From a virus (lineage: Duplodnaviria > Caudoviricetes), in IMG/VR virus record IMGVR_UViG_3300033153_000622, positions 1 through 34,768 of that record: a stretch of DNA of 34,768 nucleotides. One strand, given 5' to 3'. The notes beneath the pieces are model-generated. The model had not been told where the DNA came from. It worked only from the letters and a program-made list of their open reading frames with translations, and ran no database searches. This document shows positions 1-7,126 of this stretch, in pieces. Numbering within the stretch: the stretch's first letter is position 1; the number at the start of each line of letters is the position of its first letter. The position numbers were made by a program, and so were the translations under genes.

Positions 1-23
1 TATTGTTTATTTTCTTGTCCCAT
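1..23 (-). CDS. 5' end of a possible leftward gene (MGQENKQ...), truncated by window edge
   Basis: CAT at 21-23 with an A-rich leader on the minus strand; frame open to position 1; only 7 codons visible. Confidence 0.35.
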
Positions 24-50
24 ATATTTTTATCTTGTAATTGTATTGAT

Positions 51-63
51 TATCAATCAGTTA
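51..63 (+). promoter_or_regulatory. IHF-consensus site 1
   Basis: TATCAATCAGTTA is an exact match to WATCAANNNNTTR. Confidence 0.55.
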
Positions 64-441
64 ACCTGTTGATAACTTTGTTGTTTTGTTTATGTATTTT
101 GGGGTTCGGAGGGGTGTTATCCCTTTTCTCTCTTTGTCTCATCAAAGTATTTAAGGGAAGGTATTACCCTTTAATAGTATTCTTTATGTGGTAAACGGGG
201 GAAGGTTAGCACATATGCGTAGACATTAAGCAGTCAACAAGAGGGGACAAGCAACAGAGCAAGGGGAACAGGTAGGAGGACAGGTACACGCCCCAACCCC
301 CACAGAAAAAAGGCAAAAAGTTCCCACAAAAAAATAGAAAATAAACAAAATCAAACAACCCCCCCACCCCTTTCTCTGACACGACATCTCAGCGTATGAC
401 ATATAATAACCCTCACCCCCCGGACATCTAAAAAAATTTTA

Positions 442-449
442 TATCTTTG
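442..449 (+). promoter_or_regulatory. Bacteroidota-type -7 promoter element
   Basis: TATCTTTG (TAnnTTTG), intergenic, ATG at 466. Confidence 0.75.
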
Positions 450-465
450 TAAAAAATAAAACACA

Positions 466-633
466 ATGTCTAAAGAACTTACTCCCGCACAAAAAAAAGC
501 AAAAAAAATAAAAAGGGAAAATATAAGGAAAAAACATATTCATAAAAAAGAGAAAGAAAAATCACAGTATGAAAGGTTAAGGGATTTATCCTTTCCTTTA
601 TCTGACAGTAAATTTGATAAGCAGCCTGTATAA
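466..633 (+). CDS. 55-aa Lys-rich protein (not in ORF track)
   Basis: Hand translation MSKELTPAQKKAKKIKRENIRKKHIHKKEKEKSQYERLRDLSFPLSDSKFDKQPV; follows promoter; RDLSxPL motif shared with 3608..3901. Confidence 0.7.
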   Translation: MSKELTPAQKKAKKIKRENIRKKHIHKKEKEKSQYERLRDLSFPLSDSKFDKQPV

Positions 634-651
634 AAAATAAAACAAATAACT

Positions 652-870
652 ATGAAAATTATAAACAACCCATTTAAAGGATCCAACAATGTTGGAGGTC
701 TTTATGTAGAAGACGGAAGATTAGTGAATGAACGTAGAGATGGCGAGACAGGTATAGCACAAGCAGCTCGTATAAGACGTTCAGTAAAAAACGATAGAAA
801 GATAAATAGAATAGCTGAAGGTATTGAATTGGCTGAAAACAAAAAGAACTGGAGAGAGTTAGAGTTCTAA
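652..870 (+). CDS. hypothetical phage protein, 72 aa
   Basis: ATG with A-rich leader, followed by a terminator. Confidence 0.8.
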   Translation: MKIINNPFKGSNNVGGLYVEDGRLVNERRDGETGIAQAARIRRSVKNDRKINRIAEGIELAENKKNWRELEF

Positions 871-898
871 AGATTCCCATTTGTTCTGTTGTGAAAAG

Positions 899-930
899 GA
901 GGTAAGACATTCAGTCTGCCTCTTTTTTTT
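899..930 (+). terminator. intrinsic terminator
   Basis: GAGGTAAGAC-ATTCA-GTCTGCCTC stem (one bulge, one G-U pair) plus T8. Confidence 0.75.
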
Positions 931-948
931 ATATATATGTTAATCTTC

Positions 949-1129
949 AACACTAAAGTGTTATTCTTTTTTAAAGTCAACACTAACTTAACTTATTGAT
1001 TATTAATACTTTAAATACTATTAGTGTTAAAGTGTTGAGTTAAACTCTATTTTTTATAATAATAATAATAATAATAATAATAAAATATATATATATAAAA
1101 AAGAAAAAACAAATACAGCACTTTAACAC
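949..1129. repeat. AACACT/AGTGTT repeat cluster with (TAA)9 and (AT)6 tracts
   Basis: AACACT at 949 and 979; AGTGTT at 957, 1023, 1031; 13/14 inverted repeat 1024-1037 vs 1116-1129; (TAA)9 at 1057-1083; (AT)6 at 1085-1096. Confidence 0.8.
989..1001 (-). promoter_or_regulatory. IHF-consensus site 2
   Basis: Minus strand reads AATCAATAAGTTA, an exact match to WATCAANNNNTTR. Confidence 0.55.
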
Positions 1130-1150
1130 AAAGCATATATATATTTTTAT

Positions 1151-1158
1151 TATCTTTG
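1151..1158 (+). promoter_or_regulatory. -7 promoter element for groEL-groES
   Basis: TATCTTTG, ATG at 1191. Confidence 0.75.
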
Positions 1159-1190
1159 CCTCAAATTAAATTAATTTAAATCACAACAAA

Positions 1191-2798
1191 ATGAAAGAAC
1201 AAGGATACATTCCAAAAGACCTGTCTTTTGATGACAAGGCAAGAACGAAATTAATATCGGGAATCTCAAAAATATCTAACGCAGTTAAATCAACTCTGGG
1301 CCCACAGGGCCAGACTGTATTGATTGAATCAGCTGAGCACACTCAAGGGTTAACAGTAACTAAAGACGGTGTGACTGTAGCTAAGTCAATCTTTCTTTTA
1401 GATCCTGTAGAGAACTTAGCAGTTAGAATGATGAAGCAGGCTTCTGAGAAAACTGCAAACACTGCAGGAGATGGTACAACTACAGCTATTGTTTTAACTG
1501 AGGCTTTAGTAAAGGCTGGACAAAAGTATATTCAAGAAGGAGAGAATACTATTCAGGTGGTAAGGAAAATAAGAGAGGCCGGAGATAATTTATTGGAAAG
1601 AATAAAAGAAGAGTCTGTTGATGTAACAGACGGGATGTTAAAAGACATAGCAACAATCTCTGCAAACAATGACAGCGAGATTGGTGAGATTATAGCTAAG
1701 GCTTACAAAGAAGTGGGGAGAGATGGTATAGTAACAGTTGAGAGATCTCAAACAGATGAGACCTATGCTGAGGTTACTAATGGTATAAAGGTAGATAGAG
1801 GATGGACATCACCAATGTTTATTAATGACCACAGAAAAGATGAGTGTATCTATGAGGATGTTAAAGTTTTAATATGTGATAGTGAGATAAATAATATATT
1901 ACAAATTGAGAACGTTCTAAAACCAATTATTAATTCAGGAGAAAAATTACTTATCATTGGAGATTGCTCAGCTAATGTGATTAATACTTTAGCCGCTAAC
2001 GTACAAAGAAACGGACTGAAGTTCTGTAGTATTACTCCTCCATCATTTGGGTATAAGACTCACGAGTTAATGCAAGACATTGCGTTTGCAGTAGGGGCTA
2101 AATACTTTTCAGAGAAAACAGGAGATGATTTATCTCTAATTAGAATGGAGGACTTGGGTCATGCGGATAAAATTATTGTAGGGAAAGATAATACTATAAT
2201 TATAAAAAACGGTGAGATTACTCAAGAGACTATAGCAAGAGTAGACGAGCTAAGAGACCAACAAGAAAGACTAACAGCTAAACATGAGAAAGATTTTATC
2301 AATGAGAGAATCGCTTCTTTAGTTGGAGGAATAGGGTGTATACAGGTAGGAGCAACATCTGACATAGAGCAAAAAGAAAAATTTGACAGAGTCGATGACT
2401 CTGTCTGTGCAGTGCGTTCCGCACTACAGGAAGGAATAGTTCCAGGTGGAGGGTTGTTATTAAATTCTTTATCTCAAGAAATTACAGGAGAGACTACTGC
2501 AGATAAGATTCTTAAAGACACACTACAAGCTCCTTTACAACAAATATTAATAAATGCCGGATTAGATGTAGACAAAATCTATGAAAAGGAAATAGTGGAA
2601 GAAGGTAAGAAACATTATAAAACTTCAAACTTTGGTTATAATGTTGTAAGTGGAGAGTATGGAGATATGTTTAAAATGGGAGTTGTCGATCCAGCTAAGG
2701 TTACTATACAAGCCTTATCTAATGCTATTAGTGTAGCAACAACCATACTTACTACTAACGCTATAATTACTCACGCAAGAGTAGGTCAAGATGATTAA
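1191..2798 (+). CDS. groEL: phage-encoded chaperonin GroEL (Cpn60)
   Basis: TLGPQG, TKDGVTVAK, AGDGTTTA ATP-binding motif, EGIVPGGG, GVVDPAKV; no GGM tail. Confidence 0.97.
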   Translation: MKEQGYIPKDLSFDDKARTKLISGISKISNAVKSTLGPQGQTVLIESAEHTQGLTVTKDGVTVAKSIFLLDPVENLAVRMMKQASEKTANTAGDGTTTAIVLTEALVKAGQKYIQEGENTIQVVRKIREAGDNLLERIKEESVDVTDGMLKDIATISANNDSEIGEIIAKAYKEVGRDGIVTVERSQTDETYAEVTNGIKVDRGWTSPMFINDHRKDECIYEDVKVLICDSEINNILQIENVLKPIINSGEKLLIIGDCSANVINTLAANVQRNGLKFCSITPPSFGYKTHELMQDIAFAVGAKYFSEKTGDDLSLIRMEDLGHADKIIVGKDNTIIIKNGEITQETIARVDELRDQQERLTAKHEKDFINERIASLVGGIGCIQVGATSDIEQKEKFDRVDDSVCAVRSALQEGIVPGGGLLLNSLSQEITGETTADKILKDTLQAPLQQILINAGLDVDKIYEKEIVEEGKKHYKTSNFGYNVVSGEYGDMFKMGVVDPAKVTIQALSNAISVATTILTTNAIITHARVGQDD

Positions 2799-2860
2799 GT
2801 TTATATACTGGCTTTTAGGGAAAAGCGAAATAAATAATATAGAATCAAACATTAAACAAT

Positions 2861-3118
2861 ATGAAACCAATAGGGAAGTACATAGTAATAAAAAAAATTG
2901 AGGAAGAATTAAAGACTGAATCAGGATTATTGCTTTCGGCTCAAGATGCTTCGAGCTTTAGATATAAAAAAGCAGAAGTAATAAAAGAGGGAACTGATGT
3001 TAAAGTCATAAAAAACGGAGATGTAATTTACTATGATGGTGCGGCAGGACACCAAATGCTTATTAAGGATAATCCTTATACGGTTATTCAGGAGAGAGAT
3101 GTCGTTGTTGTTTTGTAA
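2861..3118 (+). CDS. groES: co-chaperonin GroES (Cpn10), short form
   Basis: MKPIGKYIVIK start, mobile loop KTESGLLL, IKNGDVIYY, ERDVVVVL end; directly after groEL. Confidence 0.92.
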   Translation: MKPIGKYIVIKKIEEELKTESGLLLSAQDASSFRYKKAEVIKEGTDVKVIKNGDVIYYDGAAGHQMLIKDNPYTVIQERDVVVVL

Positions 3119-3557
3119 ACTGATTCATTTCTATAATCATATTCCGATAAACCTTATCCATATAAGATGCATCGTTTCTAAATAAGGGGTTAGTCTGTGG
3201 GCTTTCTCCTATTTCCTCACCATTTAACTTCTTATATAGTGTGTTAATCAAGCGTTTACCTTTATAGGATAGTTCATATAGGGTTGTTTCTTTACCTTTA
3301 CGTTTACGCCAGATGTGTATCCACCCTTCTTTAAGTAGTCTATGGAACCTTGGTTCATCCCATGACATGCATTCTTCAAACTCTTTAAACTTACTTTTAT
3401 TAAATATTTGTTCGCTATAGAGAAAAAATAGCATATCTATATCGGGAGTTCCGATCTTATACTTGGCTTTAGCCCAGTACCTTATCACCCTCCAATACTT
3501 CATGTAATCGTGTGAGGGTTGAACTCTATCGTAGTTCTTCCGTATTATATTTGGCAT
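3084..3557 (-). CDS. MarR-like winged-helix DNA-binding protein (start revised to ATG at 3557)
   Basis: RLLKEGWIHIWRKRKGKETTLYELSYKGKRLI resembles the MarR recognition helix/wing/LTxxG pattern; has its own minus-strand promoter. Confidence 0.65.
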   Translation of the reverse strand: MPNIIRKNYDRVQPSHDYMKYWRVIRYWAKAKYKIGTPDIDMLFFLYSEQIFNKSKFKEFEECMSWDEPRFHRLLKEGWIHIWRKRKGKETTLYELSYKGKRLINTLYKKLNGEEIGESPQTNPLFRNDASYMDKVYRNMIIEMNQFTKQQRHLSPE

Positions 3558-3570
3558 TAAATTAAATTTG

Positions 3571-3578
3571 TATCTTTG
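3571..3578 (+). promoter_or_regulatory. -7 promoter element (rightward)
   Basis: TATCTTTG; candidate -33 TTTG at 3550-3553; ATG at 3608. Confidence 0.75.
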
Positions 3579-3584
3579 CAAGAA

Positions 3585-3592
3585 CAAAAGTA
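3585..3592 (-). promoter_or_regulatory. -7 promoter element (leftward) for the wHTH gene
   Basis: CAAAAGTA reads TACTTTTG on the minus strand, upstream of the ATG at 3557. Confidence 0.6.
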
Positions 3593-3607
3593 ATAAAAAA
3601 ATAAACC

Positions 3608-3901
3608 ATGTCTGATAAAAAGAAAACGAAAGTAGAAAAGAAACTTCACAAACTTAGAAAAAAAGATGCTCGTATTATGAAGCGTGCTCATAGAGTAGAA
3701 GGTAGGGCTGAAAATAAAATAGATAAAATTAAAGCTTCAAATCTAACAAAAGAAGAAAAAGAAAAAAAGATACAAGAAATTTATGATAAAACTAATCGTA
3801 AGTTAGATAGGGTTACACGAAAAACACCTAAGATAATGCAACAGATTAGAGACTTGTCTACACCTTTAGCTACGACTCCTAAATTTAAAATGAAACCTTA
3901 A
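3608..3901 (+). CDS. basic 97-aa protein
   Basis: Lys/Arg-rich ORF after promoter; C-terminal IRDLSTPL. Confidence 0.8.
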   Translation: MSDKKKTKVEKKLHKLRKKDARIMKRAHRVEGRAENKIDKIKASNLTKEEKEKKIQEIYDKTNRKLDRVTRKTPKIMQQIRDLSTPLATTPKFKMKP

Positions 3902-3903
3902 TT

Positions 3904-4632
3904 ATGCCAGATCCTAAGAAAAAAGTAAGCGGACCTCAGTTAAGAAAGACAAAAAAGAAAACTACTGTTAAGTCAGTGGCTACTATTAAAAAAGAAAGAG
4001 AAGAAGCTAAAAGAAAAGAGGCGGATAGAATAGCTGCAAAAAAAATAGAAGCAGCTAAAAAAGAGCAAAAACAAAAAGAGTCAACCGCAACTTCTGAGGA
4101 TAAGTGGGAGAGGAGTTATGATAAAGAAGACGAAAGGCAAACTAAAATATCTGATAAGTACAAGAAGAAATCATCTAAAATAAAAAAGAAGTCTGCGGAA
4201 AAAAGAGCAAGAATAAAAGATAGAGAAGAAAAAAAGACAGCTAAAAATAAAGAAAAAGTAAAAAATCTTAGAGATAAAAAGCAAGAAATTAATAATAATT
4301 CTAAATTAACTAAAGATCAAAAGGATAAAAAAATTGCGTCTTTAAACAAAAGAATAGAAAGATTAGAAAAAAAAGGCAAGAAAATAGTTACTCGAAGCAA
4401 AACAAAAACAGCTAAAAGCACCGATAGAGAAAAAAGAAGATTAAAAAGAGCTGGAACACGATACACCAAGCGAACTGACAGGAATGAAAAAAGAGCAGAG
4501 CGAGAACGAGACAGAGTTACAGGTAAAACTAAGATGAGTCGTAAAATTAGGAGTGCTACTAAAAAAGCTAATCGTAAAAAAAGAAGCCAAGCTGTTACAG
4601 GTATTAAACGATGGGATTCGACTTGGAACTAA
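3904..4632 (+). CDS. extremely Lys/Arg-rich 242-aa protein, probably helical or disordered
   Basis: Long ORF starting 2 nt after the previous stop; very few hydrophobic residues. Confidence 0.8.
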   Translation: MPDPKKKVSGPQLRKTKKKTTVKSVATIKKEREEAKRKEADRIAAKKIEAAKKEQKQKESTATSEDKWERSYDKEDERQTKISDKYKKKSSKIKKKSAEKRARIKDREEKKTAKNKEKVKNLRDKKQEINNNSKLTKDQKDKKIASLNKRIERLEKKGKKIVTRSKTKTAKSTDREKRRLKRAGTRYTKRTDRNEKRAERERDRVTGKTKMSRKIRSATKKANRKKRSQAVTGIKRWDSTWN

Positions 4633-4646
4633 ATAAAAAAAATAAC

Positions 4647-4654
4647 TATCTTTG
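4647..4654 (+). promoter_or_regulatory. -7 promoter element
   Basis: TATCTTTG; TTG at 4623-4625; ATG at 4678. Confidence 0.75.
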
Positions 4655-4677
4655 TAAAATATTAAAAAATTAAAATT

Positions 4678-4887
4678 ATGAAAAAGCAAGGTTACAACTC
4701 AAGACTTGATGAGTCTTTAGGAAACAAGCACAAAGGCAAACACTCTCAATCTTTAAAAGATAGAAGAGATGAGTCTAAAGCAATGTCTAAAAAAGACTAC
4801 GGTCATGCATATGGTGGAGATCACAATATGTCTTACGAGTGCATCAACAACGTAAAGAAAAAGATCGGAGCCGCAATAAGAAAATAA
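4678..4887 (+). CDS. small basic protein, 69 aa
   Basis: ATG with A-rich leader; internal RLDES/RRDES repeat. Confidence 0.8.
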   Translation: MKKQGYNSRLDESLGNKHKGKHSQSLKDRRDESKAMSKKDYGHAYGGDHNMSYECINNVKKKIGAAIRK

Positions 4888-4889
4888 TT

Positions 4890-5096
4890 ATGGCGAGTAA
4901 AGGAAGAACTAAAAAAGAAGCCTTTCCAGAAATAAAAGAATCTCGTCAGGGAGCTTTTACTAAGTGGGCTAAAGCTAACGGATTCAAAGATGCGTGTAGT
5001 GCAGCCTCTGCTGTTATGAAGAAGACTGATAAGTATTCTGAAAAGGTAGTAAAGATGGCTAACTACGCTAACAACTTTGGATGTAAAACTAAATAA
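4890..5096 (+). CDS. small basic protein, 68 aa (start revised to MASKGRTKK)
   Basis: ATG at 4890 lies 2 nt after the previous stop, same TAA-TT-ATG spacing as at 3904. Confidence 0.8.
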   Translation: MASKGRTKKEAFPEIKESRQGAFTKWAKANGFKDACSAASAVMKKTDKYSEKVVKMANYANNFGCKTK

Positions 5097-5097
5097 G

Positions 5098-5238
5098 ATG
5101 GGTAAACTATTAATATGGTTAGGAGAGTCAATCTCTAATCTGTGGTGTAAACTACAATGTAAATGGAATTGGATGATTTCTAAAATAATGTTTAATGTAG
5201 AAAGCTGTCCTAATAAACTTTGTACTTGTAATAAATGA
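5098..5238 (+). CDS. 46-aa Cys/Trp-rich protein (not in ORF track)
   Basis: MGKLLIWLGESISNLWCKLQCKWNWMISKIMFNVESCPNKLCTCNK; fills the gap exactly; ATGA overlap with next gene. Confidence 0.7.
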   Translation: MGKLLIWLGESISNLWCKLQCKWNWMISKIMFNVESCPNKLCTCNK

Positions 5239-5414
5239 AAAGAACTAAGTTAAGTGAATTAAAATCCAAAGGTTTGGGTGATACTATTGAAAAGTTTACT
5301 AAAGCTACAGGTATTAAAAAAGTAGTAGACACAGTAGCAAAAGCAGCAGGTAAGGATTGTGGATGCGGAAAAAGAAAAGATGCTTTAAACCGAGTATTCC
5401 CTTACGATAAATAA
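5235..5414 (+). CDS. 59-aa basic CGC-motif protein (not in ORF track)
   Basis: MKRTKLSELKSKGLGDTIEKFTKATGIKKVVDTVAKAAGKDCGCGKRKDALNRVFPYDK; GLGD...DCGC...RK..LN pattern recalled from phage hypothetical proteins. Confidence 0.8.
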   Translation: MKRTKLSELKSKGLGDTIEKFTKATGIKKVVDTVAKAAGKDCGCGKRKDALNRVFPYDK

Positions 5415-5426
5415 AAATAAAAAGAA

Positions 5427-5954
5427 ATGGCATATCAAAAATTACAAAGTAGAGAAGCATTAAAAGTTATACCAAACAACCAAGTTCGTATACCTGATCC
5501 TTCATCAATAATTGTTTTAGACACAGCTACAGGTGCAACTGTAGGTGTAGCAAGTATTTCAAGCACAACACTAACAGATGTAGGTACTTCGTTTTTATCA
5601 GCAGGTATTCAGCCTGGATCTATCGTTTATAATACTACTGCTAACTTAGCATATACTGTAGTTTCTGTAGATAGTGACACACAGCTTACGATTACAGGAG
5701 CTGTGGCAGGGGGAGCTACTGATACTTATTCAATATATACTCGGCCTACCATAGGCTGTACTTTATTTGTAGGCACAGCAGGAGATATTAATGTTAGAAT
5801 GGCTCAACAAAATGGAAACACTACAGCAGCAGCAGCACCTGCTAATCAAACAGTGCTTTATAAAAATATAGCTAACGGATCATTTTTACCTATTCAAGTA
5901 GTACAAGTTGCAGTAACCTCTACGGATGCTACTAACATTGTAGCAATGTGGTAA
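5427..5954 (+). CDS. head-spike base-like protein (RcGTA Rcc01079-like) with inserted beta-domain
   Basis: LFVGTAGDINVRM...NIANGSFLPIQVVQV...TDATNIVAMW C-terminal pattern. Confidence 0.65.
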   Translation: MAYQKLQSREALKVIPNNQVRIPDPSSIIVLDTATGATVGVASISSTTLTDVGTSFLSAGIQPGSIVYNTTANLAYTVVSVDSDTQLTITGAVAGGATDTYSIYTRPTIGCTLFVGTAGDINVRMAQQNGNTTAAAAPANQTVLYKNIANGSFLPIQVVQVAVTSTDATNIVAMW

Positions 5955-5955
5955 T

Positions 5956-6729
5956 ATGGGATTAGGAGTTGGCAACGGAAACGCAAATAAATGGACAGCG
6001 GTAAAAGGAGCTACTGGACCTGCTTACAGCTGTAAGACAACTTACTCTATAGAATTTGACGGATTAACAGAAAACGGATCAACCGTAGGTAAAAACGTTC
6101 CTTTGTTAGGAGCGGGTGGTACGGGTAATTTTTGTGTTTCATTTTGGTTCAAAACTTCAGATATTACAGGAGGTGGTACTAATCAACGTATATTTACCAC
6201 TGGAGGTTCTGCTTATAATTGGAGTATATATTTAAGAGGATCCGATGGTAAAATAGTAATAGCAGGAACGCCTTGGGGATCAGACGCTTGTAATTTTGTA
6301 TTTTCTAATAGCACATGGTTCCATGTTGCTTATTCTGCTACTCGTAATGGATTTGGAAGATGGGTTGTTAATGGTGCTCAGTCTGATGTAAAAAACATTG
6401 CCGCTTCTGCAGCCGATGCTTTTACAAATACAGGAACAAGCTATTTAGCATCTAACGCTTCAGGAGCTCAAGACTATGAAGGAAACTTAACAGAGATAGC
6501 TTTTTGGAATACAACCCTAAATGATTCTCAACTAACTGAGTTATATACTAATACAGCGGGTAAATGTTATGCAAGTGACTTTTCTTTTTCAAGTGATTTA
6601 GCTCACTACTATCCATGTTTTAATACTTCGGGAGCCTTTACAAATCCATTACCAGACACTGTAGGAGGGGAGGATTATACTTTAGTAAATATGGATGCTT
6701 CTAATGTTTCAACTGATACACCTTTATAA
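5956..6729 (+). CDS. LamG/concanavalin A-like lectin-domain fibre (head spike)
   Basis: YSIEFDG, FCVSFWFK, WFHVAYS, YEGNLTEIAFWNTTLNDSQLTELY; N-terminal MGLGVG. Confidence 0.85.
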   Translation: MGLGVGNGNANKWTAVKGATGPAYSCKTTYSIEFDGLTENGSTVGKNVPLLGAGGTGNFCVSFWFKTSDITGGGTNQRIFTTGGSAYNWSIYLRGSDGKIVIAGTPWGSDACNFVFSNSTWFHVAYSATRNGFGRWVVNGAQSDVKNIAASAADAFTNTGTSYLASNASGAQDYEGNLTEIAFWNTTLNDSQLTELYTNTAGKCYASDFSFSSDLAHYYPCFNTSGAFTNPLPDTVGGEDYTLVNMDASNVSTDTPL

Positions 6730-6731
6730 TT

Positions 6732-7028
6732 ATGCCGAGAGATTTATACTACGCAAGAATACCTTATGATAATGCCAAAGCAATTAACTGGGACGAAGTA
6801 ATGGAGAATAGTTGGGATACAGCCAGATGGGATACGGAGCAAACTGAAGTTCTGGTTCATTGGGTTGGTGAGACCCCTACTTCGATATCAAAAATTTTAG
6901 GTGCAATAGAAAGCGAACCTCAAACTCATACCCAAGAATATGATTATATTAAAAAAAGTGAGGAAGGAAAATCAAAGTGGGAAGAGAGACCAGTAGCCCC
7001 TCCTAAACCAAAGGAGAAAAAGAAATAA
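6732..7028 (+). CDS. hypothetical 98-aa protein following the LamG fibre
   Basis: Coupled ORF, 2 nt after the previous stop. Confidence 0.8.
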   Translation: MPRDLYYARIPYDNAKAINWDEVMENSWDTARWDTEQTEVLVHWVGETPTSISKILGAIESEPQTHTQEYDYIKKSEEGKSKWEERPVAPPKPKEKKK

Positions 7029-7035
7029 ATTTTAT

Positions 7036-7043
7036 TATCTTTG
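7036..7043 (+). promoter_or_regulatory. -7 promoter element for the lysis cassette
   Basis: TATCTTTG, ATG 5 nt downstream. Confidence 0.75.
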
Positions 7044-7048
7044 CATTT

Positions 7049-7126
7049 ATGAAGTGGATACAAACACATACCAGTATAGGGGATTTTAAATACATTCAAA
7101 CCTCTACGTATAATATAAAAAAATGA
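7049..7126 (+). CDS. 25-aa putative leaderless peptide
   Basis: MKWIQTHTSIGDFKYIQTSTYNIKK; ATGA overlap with next gene. Confidence 0.45.
   Translation: MKWIQTHTSIGDFKYIQTSTYNIKK

Noticed and set aside
67-75. TGTTGATAA as a DnaA box
   Set aside because: Single copy with one mismatch to TTATNCACA; insufficient alone
3-194. 63-aa hydrophobic + strand ORF
   Set aside because: Edge TTG start; hydrophobicity is explained by T-rich non-coding DNA; overlaps regulatory motifs
43-1009. Invertible segment between the 22-bp inverted repeats
   Set aside because: Repeats are imperfect, no recombinase in the window, and the IHF consensus explains them
949-1129. Mini-CRISPR array
   Set aside because: Repeats are 6-14 nt, in mixed orientation and irregularly spaced
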